Below, piece by piece: positions 53,693 through 63,969 of a DNA stretch of 64,000 nt (position 1 is its first letter; every line of letters begins with the position of its first letter). The position numbers and the translations under genes were made by a program. Origin of the DNA: a virus; IMG/VR virus record IMGVR_UViG_3300020581_000010, positions 11,253 to 75,252 of that record. One strand, written 5' to 3'. Under the pieces are notes generated by a model, which was not told the DNA's origin, did no database searches, and saw only the letters and a program-made list of their open reading frames with translations.

Positions 53693-54129
53693 TTACGCCC
53701 CACTTGAACTACCGCACCTGAATATCTTGCCCTTGCTCACCACCGCTGGCTCAGGCGTCCCCCTCGCCTTCCTCAGTTCCGCCACCAGTTGGGGAATCTG
53801 TGCCTTGAACCTGTCAGCCGTGGCCGGGAGCTTGACAGCGATTACCGGCACCACCACGGCAACGTCGAGGAGTAGCTGGGACAGTTCGGCTTCGGTGAGG
53901 GGGATGGTCATACGCCCTCGTCGATGATAAACGGCGGACTTTCAACACGCTTGAAATTCGGTTTGTCAACCTCGTTCGCCAATTGGAACGGCCACCACGA
54001 AAATACCCACCCTAGGCCGAAAAAGAGTGCAGCAATTCCGTAATCGCCTTTGTGGAAATGCGGCATGGACATTCCCATCATGCAGCCAGCGAACAGCGAG
54101 AGAACATAAAGTTTGCGTCCGGCTTTCAC
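53693..54129 (-). other. Two small genes (53693-53911; 53908-54129 two-TM)
   Basis: ATGA-coupled with neighbours. Confidence 0.55.
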
Positions 54130-56078
54130 TTCACCGCCCTCTTCGCCGCATGTCTTGCCGCCACGAACGAGAACCGCAAATCGTAGTCGCTCCGCTCAAT
54201 CCCAAGCCCGCGATACAACGCCGCAATCACCGGGTCTTCCGGCACAGGAACCGCTTCGCCACCATGCAAAGGGTAAATCCACACCGTGTTGCCCTGGACC
54301 GCGTTCTGGTCCTTCGTTGTCACTTCCTGCAAGCGTTTCCCTGCCTTTATCGCGTCGGTCCCTTCCCACACTTCCCCGAGGTCTCGCAGGGCGTCGATTG
54401 CCGTCAGCTTGCGGTAGAAATAGCCGTTGAAGATTGCCGCGAGGTCGCTGGACCGAATCTGTGCCAGGTCAACCCCATTTTCTCCGTCTTCCTGCCCGGT
54501 GGCAAGCTGAATCGCCCGCGTGTAATCGTCCCTTGCACGGGGGAGCATCGTCATCTCCGCATCGGCCGTGTAGAGCCCGGTCAACCGCTGGATGGCCTCG
54601 TTGCGTGAGAACTCCCGCTTCGCCCCGACCAGCCCACGCCGCTTGGTGCCGCTGATGTCGTCGAGGATGTCGAGCAACGCCGCTGGCCTGTCCTTTCCCT
54701 TCTGCGTCAGAAGGGCCACGTCGTTCGTCACGGTCTGCCATCCTCTTCCCTTGGCGTGGCATCGGATACACCCGATAGCGGGTTCGAGAACATTTCCGTA
54801 GGGTGCAGGAATCGTGGAGTCAGCAGCGACATCATCAGTCGCCTGATCAAGTAAGTCACCGTTGCCGTTAAAGAGGACAAACTCGTTGAGGCCATTGGTG
54901 ATCTCCCTGATGAGTTCCTTCGCGTCGAACTTGACCCGCGAGAACGGGTCGAGGTTGAAGAGCGGGTGCTGGTCGATGTCGATGCTGCCGCGTTTCAGGT
55001 CTTGGGTGATTGACAGGAGGGACGTGTTGAAAGCGACGTGGCCAGAGAGAGTCCGCAGAAAGTCGATCCGCCGTGGGCGACCCGTGACGCCAGACACGAA
55101 AACTGCCGCCCGTGCGTCGGACTGTTGAGCGTTGAAAACGTCAGCCGCCTTGACTCTCCCCCCAGCCTCGCCCACACCGACACCCGCGAAGTATGTGTCC
55201 TCATCCGTGCCTTTCTTCGCCTTTGCGATCCCCCGGAACCGATAGTACAACCCCCCGTACAAGTCCTGCCAGAGCGTCCCCTTGTCCTGCACCTGCCTCA
55301 TCCCGCGTGCGACCAGATACCCCAGAGAGACCACCGGGGCCTGGCTGTGCGTCCCGTCAACGAGTGCCGCAACTGCATCCAAGGGCAGGTGCGGTGCGAC
55401 CTGCCGGACCACGTTCGTCTTCTCGCTGAGGGCGTCCACTTCCTCCGTGGTGGTCACTTCCCGCTTCACTCGCTTGTGGGTGTACCTCGCCCCGTCCGTG
55501 TGGATGTAGCCGCCGGGCACCTCAACGATCTCCTCCACCGTTTTCGTGACCTGCCGCTTCACCTTCGGCAGCTTGATCCCCGTTGCGAATTCGAGCGTGG
55601 CCTTAGTCAGCAAGAGGTTGAACCGTGGATCGAACGCCAGCTCCTCCCACGTCTCTGTCAGGTCGTGCAGGACCGCGTCCGTGTTCGCGTACTGGCGTAG
55701 GTCGCACCGTTGGAGCAAGATGGGCACGTCGGCCTTGCCGGCACGCTTGGCGACGGCCTGCACTGGCGTAGGGCGTGCGATAGTCGTCCCACGGCTCAAG
55801 AGGTTGATGGTGAAGCTGGCGGTGCGGGCGTCCCTGAACTTCCCCGAAGCGATCCAGACGTACCGCATGTAGAGCCGGTCGAACTCAGGCACCATCGCCA
55901 AATCGGCAGCGGCAGCGATCAGGGCTTCGCCTTCCGTGGCCTGCACGGTTGGCAATTGCTTCGGTTGTGGTTGTGCGAAGGCTACCATCTGAGGCTCTGC
56001 CTGCTGCCAGTCAACGCCTGCCGCCGCGAGGGTCAGCGTACTGAGGCCAGCGAACGCGATGAAAAGGCGGTGGGTCAA
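54126..56078 (-). CDS. Secreted 650-aa protein with CxxCH heme motif
   Basis: Signal peptide; FDAKELI...NGL..F.LFNGNG...A.D...IGCIRCH. Confidence 0.7.
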   Translation of the reverse strand: MTHRLFIAFAGLSTLTLAAAGVDWQQAEPQMVAFAQPQPKQLPTVQATEGEALIAAAADLAMVPEFDRLYMRYVWIASGKFRDARTASFTINLLSRGTTIARPTPVQAVAKRAGKADVPILLQRCDLRQYANTDAVLHDLTETWEELAFDPRFNLLLTKATLEFATGIKLPKVKRQVTKTVEEIVEVPGGYIHTDGARYTHKRVKREVTTTEEVDALSEKTNVVRQVAPHLPLDAVAALVDGTHSQAPVVSLGYLVARGMRQVQDKGTLWQDLYGGLYYRFRGIAKAKKGTDEDTYFAGVGVGEAGGRVKAADVFNAQQSDARAAVFVSGVTGRPRRIDFLRTLSGHVAFNTSLLSITQDLKRGSIDIDQHPLFNLDPFSRVKFDAKELIREITNGLNEFVLFNGNGDLLDQATDDVAADSTIPAPYGNVLEPAIGCIRCHAKGRGWQTVTNDVALLTQKGKDRPAALLDILDDISGTKRRGLVGAKREFSRNEAIQRLTGLYTADAEMTMLPRARDDYTRAIQLATGQEDGENGVDLAQIRSSDLAAIFNGYFYRKLTAIDALRDLGEVWEGTDAIKAGKRLQEVTTKDQNAVQGNTVWIYPLHGGEAVPVPEDPVIAALYRGLGIERSDYDLRFSFVAARHAAKRAVK

Positions 56079-56080
56079 GG

Positions 56081-56290
56081 TCAGCCCTCCGCTGTCTTGA
56101 CGCCGGCTTCCTCTGCCGCCAGATACAACCCCCGCCTCGCAACGTCCGTCTGGTCCACGGTGACGCCAGGCGAAGCTGCCTGTTTAGCCGCAATCGTGTC
56201 CTGCACCATCCGGTATTCGTCTTCGCTGATGCGGAAGCTGATCGTGCGATTGCGTTGGACCTTGCCGCCTTTGAGTGATCGCTTCGCCAT
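56081..56290 (-). CDS. Ribbon-helix-helix DNA-binding protein
   Basis: RNRTISFRISEDEY. Confidence 0.6.
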   Translation of the reverse strand: MAKRSLKGGKVQRNRTISFRISEDEYRMVQDTIAAKQAASPGVTVDQTDVARRGLYLAAEEAGVKTAEG

Positions 56291-56402
56291 GTATTGCAGC
56301 GTATCGCGGTGTCTTACGCTGTCAAGTGCAGAAGTACAAACGAAAATGCGGCCGGGTGGTGAGCCCGACCGCACTATGGAAAACGGCAGCGGAACTGATT
56401 CG

Positions 56403-56636
56403 TCAGCCAGCGACTAGATGGGCTAAGAACAAAATTGCAGCGATACAGACCGCCGCTACTACAACGATCCAGAAGACCCTGACAAATACTGGCGGCACCT
56501 GGACGCCGAAATAATTCAGGGCCGTTATGACAATCGCCACCACAGCGGCAGCGAGCACGATGAAGCAAGCCCAGTCGATGAACCCCCATGAGTGCATCCC
56601 GCCCTGCCAGATTGCGAGCGTTGTTGCTGCGAACAT
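56403..56636 (-). CDS. Two-TM membrane protein (holin-like)
   Basis: Two hydrophobic helices around GVQVPP. Confidence 0.6.
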   Translation of the reverse strand: MFAATTLAIWQGGMHSWGFIDWACFIVLAAAVVAIVITALNYFGVQVPPVFVRVFWIVVVAAVCIAAILFLAHLVAG

Positions 56637-56649
56637 CTTTAGCCGCCTT

Positions 56650-57351
56650 TCATTTGCTGTTGTGTTGTGTCAGCAAAGTCACGCCGATGCTAACAGCAAT
56701 AGCAATCCCCGCCATTATTATGCCTATCACCCACTGGTTGACCTGCCGCCCCTCGCCCCGCTGCTCGTCTCGCCCACCGATCTCGTATTTCGACCGTTCC
56801 AGGAGCGTTAGCCTGTCCTCAAGCGTTTTCCGAGTCGTTGCGTTCTGATCATCAAAGGTTTTTCGCATCGCCTCCATTTGTGCGGAAGTCGCCGCAGCCG
56901 TCAAGGCAACTTGCGCCCGCAAGGTCTCGGCCGAAGTCGCCACTTGCGTTGCCAGGGTAGCCGCAGTGCTTGCCGTCTTTTCGTTGGCCAATGCCACGTC
57001 GGCCTTTTGGGCAGCAAGCAAAGCGTCAAGCCGCCTGGATTCTGCAAGGGCGAGGGCATCGACGCGCTTGGTTTCGGCGGCTACCAGTTTCTCTTGACAC
57101 TGCATTCTTTCTAAAGCAAGTTCGTGAGCGTGGCCTTCCCGTGCCTTTGCCAATTCGTTCTGCCATTTACTTTCGCATTCCCTCAAGTCGTCTTGCCGTT
57201 TTAGCCCTGCACTGACTAACTGGAGGACGTTGGCAGTCGGGTCGATCAGCGGTATCTTTTCTGGCGGCGAGTCCATCCGTGGGTTGCTGCCTTCATTCCG
57301 GATAGCAGCCAGTTGTGCCAGAATCTCCTTGTACTGGGCGTCGTTGGTCAT
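56650..57351 (-). CDS. Coiled-coil protein with C-terminal TM anchor
   Basis: Long Ala-rich heptads, C-terminal WVIGIIMAGIAIAVSIGV. Confidence 0.7.
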   Translation of the reverse strand: MTNDAQYKEILAQLAAIRNEGSNPRMDSPPEKIPLIDPTANVLQLVSAGLKRQDDLRECESKWQNELAKAREGHAHELALERMQCQEKLVAAETKRVDALALAESRRLDALLAAQKADVALANEKTASTAATLATQVATSAETLRAQVALTAAATSAQMEAMRKTFDDQNATTRKTLEDRLTLLERSKYEIGGRDEQRGEGRQVNQWVIGIIMAGIAIAVSIGVTLLTQHNSK

Positions 57352-57485
57352 ATCGGCCCGTTCTCCTTATTCGACGACCAGTCCGCTGGTGGCGGTCCTT
57401 TCTTCCTCCGTCGCCGCCAAACGACAAGGGCGACCGCGATTCCGAGCACGACGACTGCTAGGGCGATTGCACCGGGTGCGTCCAT
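57348..57485 (-). CDS. 45-aa single-TM protein (not in ORF track)
   Basis: MDAPGAIALAVVVLGIAVALVVWRRRRK; GAGG RBS. Confidence 0.55.
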   Translation of the reverse strand: MDAPGAIALAVVVLGIAVALVVWRRRRKKGPPPADWSSNKENGPI

Positions 57486-57494
57486 GCGTGAACC

Positions 57495-57848
57495 TCACTG
57501 GCTGTCAGGAGAAGGCACCGCTTGCTGTGCCGCCGCTGACGCCTGCTGTGCGGCAGCTTCCGCAGTCCTCGCCGATGCTAAGGCTTCCTCTGCCGCTTGC
57601 AGGGCAGCCTGTGCATTGACGTAGGCCGTCCACGCCGCCGCGATGGCGTTCTGGTCATTCCCGGCCATTGCGATGTTGTAGGTGTTCAGGGCGTTCGCGT
57701 CGGTCGCCAGAGCTTCGTCCCTGGTCTCGATTGCGAGTTCCGTGTTCGCCACGGCGGTTATGTACGCGAGTTTCAGCGAATACGCTTGGACCCCGGCGTT
57801 CTGCGGGTTGTCTTTCGGAGCCGGCTTGACGCGAGTTCTCATGCTCAA
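57495..57848 (-). CDS. Ala-rich helical hypothetical protein
   Basis: Coupled ORF. Confidence 0.55.
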   Translation of the reverse strand: MSMRTRVKPAPKDNPQNAGVQAYSLKLAYITAVANTELAIETRDEALATDANALNTYNIAMAGNDQNAIAAAWTAYVNAQAALQAAEEALASARTAEAAAQQASAAAQQAVPSPDSQ

Positions 57849-58673
57849 TCCTTAATGAGTGTCTTGATCTTGGCCTCTAGTTGCTCGATCATCTTCAGGC
57901 ATTCGGCCTGACGCTGAAGCAGCTTCCCCTCGTTATCGACCTGCCGCTTGCGGATCAAATCCCACTTGACGATCTCCGCCGCGTCTTCTTTCCGCCTGCC
58001 GTCTATCCTGTCGATGACCTCTTCCGACCGCCTCACGGCCCGGCTCATCTCCGGCAGCACCCAGCAGTAGTTTACCGCCGTTAGGAACAGCATCCCCACA
58101 AGAATGCCGGGGAAGACGACGAACTCGGCGATGCGGCTGCGTCGTTGGTCGGCGAGGTCTTCGAGGGTGGTAACGCGGTTGCTCAAAGATGGACAATCCT
58201 CCGCTCTGGATGATGCTGCGTGCCGTTCGGGTGGGGCGTCTCGGCCAAGTCCTTCAACTCCGAAGACGGCGGCTTCGGTGGAGGGATGTCCTTTTTCTTC
58301 TCGCGGACCACGCGTCGCCGAATCCAGAGGAGCACGCCGCCGCACACCAGAGCGTAGAAGACAGCACATCCGATCCATGTCCAGCTCATTCCTGCACCCC
58401 CCGGTCTGGCGATTTGACCTCTCTGAGATACCGGGCGATTATCCTGGTCGCTCGCTTCGGTTCGTCCTCAAGGTACTCGACATGTTTCTGACGTTCGGCA
58501 GCGATAGCGGCTTCGAGGGCGGCTTCGCGTCGGTCGTGGCGGAGTTCCATCCACTTGATGAACTTGATGAACGCCCCGACGATGCCAGCGACAGCGACAA
58601 GGAAAGGAACGTGGTTGAGCAAGTCGTCTTGACCACCATTTTCGGCCGCAGCTATCAGTAATGCGAAAAGCAT
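57845..58673 (-). other. Three coupled single-TM proteins (57845-58186, 58183-58389, 58386-58673), holin-like
   Basis: Each has one hydrophobic helix plus a charged tail. Confidence 0.55.
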
Positions 58674-58711
58674 ACCAGTTGCCCCCTCAAAATCCTACTG
58701 ATTTCGCTGCT

Positions 58712-59194
58712 TCACCGCCACAACGGAACGGGTGGCATCTCTTCCCCCCGGTCCCGCCGCCACAATCTTTCCTGATCGCAGAGCATTTCGATCAGCCCCC
58801 TGACCGGCCTACGTCGGCACACCTGCACGATCAGCCAGTTCTCTGCCGCCTCCCGCCACTGTAGCCAGTCCTGCTCTCCCTGCCAGCGTCCGGGCCTTTG
58901 AGCGGCGTTGACCCATGCCAGGTAGTCGTCGCAGGCGTAGAGGCAAATCCACGGCACGCGGTCCCAGTTCGTCGGCAATTCTCTGGCCAGTATCTCGCGG
59001 GCGTGATCGCGGAGCCACTTGTCGGTCAGGGGGCGGACCCGTGCGGCAATCTCGGGATCGGCAGACTTCTCAGCAATGAACAGCACGTCGGGGCAGTAGT
59101 CGGCGATGCGTGCGAGGGCGCCGTTAGCGGCTTCGCGGACTGACCAGCGGGTGTGGCCTAGCAGGGCGACGAGCAAGAGGGCGAGCAGCGTCAT
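58712..59194 (-). CDS. HEAT-like repeat protein with hydrophobic N-terminus
   Basis: LG..RWSVREAA..AL, S.DPEI..R. Confidence 0.55.
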   Translation of the reverse strand: MTLLALLLVALLGHTRWSVREAANGALARIADYCPDVLFIAEKSADPEIAARVRPLTDKWLRDHAREILARELPTNWDRVPWICLYACDDYLAWVNAAQRPGRWQGEQDWLQWREAAENWLIVQVCRRRPVRGLIEMLCDQERLWRRDRGEEMPPVPLWR

Positions 59195-59694
59195 TCCTTC
59201 GACTCCCACAGAAAGTTCAATACCCCTTCGTCCCCCATGCCGGGCATCCCGTAGACGATGGGCAACCGGCACTTGAACCCGTTCGCCTTGAAGAACATGC
59301 ACCCGCCCGTGTTCCGCTCCGGCACCTGCACCTCGACCGTCTCGACGCCGGGCGACTCCTGCAAGTGCCGCACCATCTCGGAGCCGATCTGCTTCCGCTG
59401 GAAGTTCACGTCTACCCCGATGCTGTGCACGAAGACTGACTGGCCGCACCGGGCAAACGTGCAGTAGCCGACCGCAGCGTTCCGGTTGCTGACCGTGGCG
59501 ACTACACCGCAGTTGCCGTGGTTCTCCATGTCGGCGAGGAACTCGACCAGCTCCTCCATCGTGTCGGGCGTGTCGCCGTGGACGGCTTTTGAGATTTGAG
59601 AGCACCTGCCGACGTGGTTGCGATTGAGGGGAGAGACCCACACCTTGTAGGCGGGCTTAGAGTTCTGGACGATGGCGAGATGCGGAGGCACCAT
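59191..59694 (-). CDS. GNAT acetyltransferase (RimI-like)
   Basis: VGYC, IGV...FQRKQIGS.MV, V.ERN....FFK.NGF. Confidence 0.8.
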   Translation of the reverse strand: MVPPHLAIVQNSKPAYKVWVSPLNRNHVGRCSQISKAVHGDTPDTMEELVEFLADMENHGNCGVVATVSNRNAAVGYCTFARCGQSVFVHSIGVDVNFQRKQIGSEMVRHLQESPGVETVEVQVPERNTGGCMFFKANGFKCRLPIVYGMPGMGDEGVLNFLWESKE

Positions 59695-59968
59695 GTCGGG
59701 GCTCCCTGAAGCAAAGGCTGTTCTTCGGCTTCGGCACGTGCTGCGTCGTGACGACACCGTGCCGGACAAGGGCTACGTGCCAGAGGTCGTTGGCTAGTGG
59801 CCACTCGCCATCGTTGATGGCGTAACCTAGCTTGCCCGGTTCTATCTTCTCTTGAGCCGCTATCTGACGCAAGTACACGTAGACCTCTTCGAGGGTCTCG
59901 TAGCCTTGCGGCCTGCCGATTTGACTCCAGCCCTTTAGAGTGGTCATGACGTGAACCCCTCTTGTCAA
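59657..59968 (-). CDS. Hypothetical protein
   Basis: Coupled to the large upstream gene. Confidence 0.45.
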   Translation of the reverse strand: MTRGVHVMTTLKGWSQIGRPQGYETLEEVYVYLRQIAAQEKIEPGKLGYAINDGEWPLANDLWHVALVRHGVVTTQHVPKPKNSLCFREPRHGASASRHRPEL

Positions 59969-62900
59969 TAGATGCTGTAGATCGAGTCGAAGTACGTGTG
60001 AAGACTTGACCAGCTTACCACACTCGGATACGCCACGGCGGTCAGCAAGTCCCCGATGAAGTTGAACCCGCCCCCACTGTTGCCGCCGATCGTGGACAGC
60101 GTGAGGGCGGTGTTAGACGCCAATGTCTGAGTAGTCCCCTGCTGTGCCCCGTTGACGTAGAAGCTGACCGACGTGCCATTGCGGACGACGCTGATGATGT
60201 AGGCCGTGCTCGCGGACGGGGTGAAGCTGACGCTGACGCTGTTGCCGGCCCCGGCCGAGTATTGGAGTGTCCCGCTGTTGTAGTAGAGCGAGTTCGACCC
60301 CGCCGCACCGCCGAGCACAATGCCCGCCGACCAGTTGTAGAGGACGTGCGTGATCGTGTGTACGGTGCCGAGATTGACCGAACTGCCGTAGTTGTACAGG
60401 ACCGGGCTGCCGATGAACTTCAAGGCCGGCAGACTGTTGACGACGGACAACTGGTACTGAGAGCGGTCAGGTGCAATAGCCTGAGTCGCGTTGTCAGCGT
60501 TCAGCGACAAATCGCCGATGCTGGTCGTCGGGTCCCCTGCATAGAACGGCAGGCTGGACGCCACACCAGCTACCAGCGGGCAAGGCCCATTCGTCTCAGC
60601 TAGTGCCGTACTGAGGATTCGCCCTACCCTGCTCGTGCCGCCCTGTGCGAACAGGTCCCACCACTCGTACAGGTTCGCCGCCGCTGATGGTGGAAGGTTG
60701 TGGTAGTTGACCCCGGCCCCGGCAGCATACAGGCTCGTGATCTGCCCAGCAGTAGAAGCAGCGTTGTAGAGGCCGACAGAGGCGATTGCTCCGGTGATGT
60801 AGCCGCCGAACGCGGTACCAGCCGCCCCGAGGAAGAGGTTGGCCAAGACGCTCGTACCGCCCGAGAAGGCCCCGAGCGTCCCGGACGTGACGAACGCCCC
60901 GTTTATGTACAGACTGGCCGTCGTTCCAGAAACGCCGACCGCGACGTGGGTCCATGTTCCAGACGGACAGGCCGTGCTCGCACTGGCCGTGGTGATCACG
61001 GTGCCGGTATTCTGGCCTATGAAGAGCTGATTCGTGGCGTTGAACGACAGGTAGAGACTCAGGTTGCTGACGCCAGTGAACAGGGCCAGCGGGACAGAAC
61101 CGTTGCCCTGTGTTCCCGTCGGCTTGATCCACATCGAGAAGCCGCACCCGGTCGTAGGCAAAGGAGTCCCGAGTGCTCCGCTGATGAACTGGCTGCTACC
61201 TGCCGCGACCGACACCGCCCCATCAGTAGACAGGACCGACAGGTCGGTGCGGTAGTAGATCGACGGACTGCTCTTCTGCGGACTGAAGAATGCGTTCGAG
61301 TCTCGTGCCCCGGCGTCACTGCGGACCGCAAAGATAGTGCCTGTATAGTCCGCAGCGTTAGCCTGCACGGCAGCAATGTCGATGACTGGACTACCGGCTT
61401 GGACGGCGTAGTTCGATGCAGAGTTCAGGCCGACGCTAGCTGAGTTCACGCTGCTTCTAACGTACCCTGCCGCCGTCATGTCTGTGTAGGCGTAGTTCGC
61501 CGTTGTGTTGCCGTTGTAGTAGTTGATCAGCAAGAGCGGGTTGGTATACCCGAGTACGGCACAGTTGTTGAATGCGAAAGTTCCGACATTATCGGTCCTG
61601 CCGTTGCCGTTCCAGATACATGCAAGCGTGGCGGAAGCGTTCGCTATGATCGCACAGTTATTGTAGGTCTGCGTGGACGAAATCCCGCCAGCTTTCGCAC
61701 CGTACAGGGCGTTGCCATTCACTCCGAACGCGAACGTGCTGAGGTCGATAGTGCAGGAGTTGAAGACGTATGTCCCGCTCGCCTGCCCCTCTCCGCCGCC
61801 GACCACTCCGCCCCAGTTAAGGCCGAGTTTGTCCACAAAGATGCAGTTCGTCGCCGTGAATGATGCCCCGACCCCTGAAGTCACTATCGGGCAATTGAAC
61901 GTGCACTGCGTTGCCGTCACGCCGACAGTCCCACTGATGCCCAACGCTCCCATTGTTGAGTTACTATAGACGGTGCTGTTGTTGGCGATCAAGAATGGCG
62001 ACGTAACGCCAACAAGATTGCAGTTGACGTATTCAAACCCGCAGCAGATGTTGGACGCCGTGCCGCCAGAGTGCATGAGCTGGAATACTTTGGTCTGATC
62101 GTCCGACGGTGCCGAACCCGGATTGAAGAACGCCGCCCCAGGCGTTGTAGTGCAGGTGTCCCAGATGCAGAACAGAGTGGCCGAGCCGGACGCGAGCCCG
62201 CAAAATGGTACGTCTGTGCTCCAGTCCCCGCCGACGGTGTTGCCGTTCTTGAACGTGATATTCCACCGGGCGAAGAATCCGGTCGCACCGATAGAAAGTT
62301 GAGCTACGCTGTGCTTGGTGCCACCATCCAGCGTGAGGTTTGACAGAACGGCAACACTATCGCCACTGAAGATTAAATACTGTGCCGTGTCCGTGCCGAC
62401 ATTGCCCGTCGGCATCCAGCAACATGGCCCTGCGGAAATCGTGCCGCCGCCGAACGCTTGCCCGTCCGTGATCTGGAATATGCTGCCGACTGTTCCAGCA
62501 CCAGCGGCGGAAACACGCACCCCGCAGTAGCGGGCGAGACCGTCTGAATTCGGGTTGCCGCCTGCGAGCGTGTGGATGTATACTCCGGCCGCGTCCGCGT
62601 AACAACTGCCGGCCGTGGTATTCAGCGTTGGCTCGGCCGCCGCCAAATTCGCTGCCGCGACAGGCGTGAGCATGATTCCATTTTCGACGGTGATAGAATC
62701 TTCTAGGTTAGTTCCTGTATACTGCCAAACATTCGGGTAGGTTCCCGCGTTCGGCCTTGTCCACACCGCTCCCGTGAGAACGAGCGTTGCCGCGACATTG
62801 CTTCCGGGAGCAATGAAGATACTTCCGCCGGGAGGCATGGAGATCAATGATGTCAAGCCAGCATTGGCTGCCGGCAATACATACGTTGTCCCGTTGATGA

Positions 62901-63969
62901 AATTCAACTGGTCCCCGCGAGGCGTCACCGTCCCAGACTTGATCTTGCCCCACAAAGTATCGCCGAGTGCTTTCGTGGTGATAGACGCTGCGGTCTGCTG
63001 CGTGTTCGTCTGGTCTGACCACAGGAGGTAAGAGCCGAGTGCCGTTCCATTAGCGACTTCTGTTGCTGCTTTAGCGAAAGTCTGCCAGGCACTCGACGAA
63101 CTATACCCGCTGTTGGAGTCGTTACCGTTGACAGGATCGACGAACCAGTTGTTCGTCCCCTCTGCCGGGGTCGTGATGTCGTTGGGGTAGACTGCGGCAT
63201 GGGCCAATGTATCGACTGCGTACAGGGACGGGTCGCCTACGGCCCCCCACCACGAGCTAGTCTGGTGGGTTGTGACGCGGCACGAACCCATAGCCGTGAT
63301 AGCGGACGCCGTGGTCCCGGTGCCGACGAGCGTGTATGTCCCACCGAGTGGCTGGACGTAGATGCTGAAGGTCTTGGTCCCGGAACCGGGCACGTTCCAA
63401 ACTAACTGCACCCAAATCCACTGGTTCAGGTTGCCGATAGTTTGACTTCCGGTCCCGTAGGTGTCCTGCCCGGTGAACGTGAGGGTGCTCGCCCCAGAGG
63501 AAGTCAATTGCACTGCCGCACTGAGGACAAGAGTGGGACCGGTGTCGTAGAGTTCGAGGCACCGCATAGGGGAAGTCGAACCGTTGGAGCCCGCGAATCT
63601 GAACCACGCTCCCCAAGTCCCGCAAGTCTGAGTAGGTGCCGACGTGTGGAAGTCGTAGGCCCCGTAGACGATGGTGGAGCCGATGTCTTGTACGCTGACC
63701 CGCCCAGACCACCCACCGTTAGCCCAGCTCGCCGCACTGGCCGGGCCGACGCGAGGTCCAGCGGGGCGAGCGTACATATTCCCACTCATAGAGGAGAACT
63801 GGTCAAGGTTGCCGGAGTTCAACGTCCCTAGCGTCGAGAACGTCTCCCGCATGGTGAGTGTCATGCCGGTAGACGGTGGCTGGGGCAGTGAGGCACCGCT
63901 GCCGATGGAGACTCCCATCCCCATCGCTATGCCGAGACTACCGCGACGTTTTCGCCGACTTATCCGCAC
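59965..63969 (-). CDS. Large virion/receptor-binding protein with beta-helix and LamG (ConA-like) domains
   Basis: WFVDPVNGNDSNSG.S..AWQT; repeated NC-xx-strands; WIKP...WTHVAV...LYING...I.SVGLYN LamG signature. Confidence 0.75.
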   Translation of the reverse strand: MRISRRKRRGSLGIAMGMGVSIGSGASLPQPPSTGMTLTMRETFSTLGTLNSGNLDQFSSMSGNMYARPAGPRVGPASAASWANGGWSGRVSVQDIGSTIVYGAYDFHTSAPTQTCGTWGAWFRFAGSNGSTSPMRCLELYDTGPTLVLSAAVQLTSSGASTLTFTGQDTYGTGSQTIGNLNQWIWVQLVWNVPGSGTKTFSIYVQPLGGTYTLVGTGTTASAITAMGSCRVTTHQTSSWWGAVGDPSLYAVDTLAHAAVYPNDITTPAEGTNNWFVDPVNGNDSNSGYSSSSAWQTFAKAATEVANGTALGSYLLWSDQTNTQQTAASITTKALGDTLWGKIKSGTVTPRGDQLNFINGTTYVLPAANAGLTSLISMPPGGSIFIAPGSNVAATLVLTGAVWTRPNAGTYPNVWQYTGTNLEDSITVENGIMLTPVAAANLAAAEPTLNTTAGSCYADAAGVYIHTLAGGNPNSDGLARYCGVRVSAAGAGTVGSIFQITDGQAFGGGTISAGPCCWMPTGNVGTDTAQYLIFSGDSVAVLSNLTLDGGTKHSVAQLSIGATGFFARWNITFKNGNTVGGDWSTDVPFCGLASGSATLFCIWDTCTTTPGAAFFNPGSAPSDDQTKVFQLMHSGGTASNICCGFEYVNCNLVGVTSPFLIANNSTVYSNSTMGALGISGTVGVTATQCTFNCPIVTSGVGASFTATNCIFVDKLGLNWGGVVGGGEGQASGTYVFNSCTIDLSTFAFGVNGNALYGAKAGGISSTQTYNNCAIIANASATLACIWNGNGRTDNVGTFAFNNCAVLGYTNPLLLINYYNGNTTANYAYTDMTAAGYVRSSVNSASVGLNSASNYAVQAGSPVIDIAAVQANAADYTGTIFAVRSDAGARDSNAFFSPQKSSPSIYYRTDLSVLSTDGAVSVAAGSSQFISGALGTPLPTTGCGFSMWIKPTGTQGNGSVPLALFTGVSNLSLYLSFNATNQLFIGQNTGTVITTASASTACPSGTWTHVAVGVSGTTASLYINGAFVTSGTLGAFSGGTSVLANLFLGAAGTAFGGYITGAIASVGLYNAASTAGQITSLYAAGAGVNYHNLPPSAAANLYEWWDLFAQGGTSRVGRILSTALAETNGPCPLVAGVASSLPFYAGDPTTSIGDLSLNADNATQAIAPDRSQYQLSVVNSLPALKFIGSPVLYNYGSSVNLGTVHTITHVLYNWSAGIVLGGAAGSNSLYYNSGTLQYSAGAGNSVSVSFTPSASTAYIISVVRNGTSVSFYVNGAQQGTTQTLASNTALTLSTIGGNSGGGFNFIGDLLTAVAYPSVVSWSSLHTYFDSIYSIY

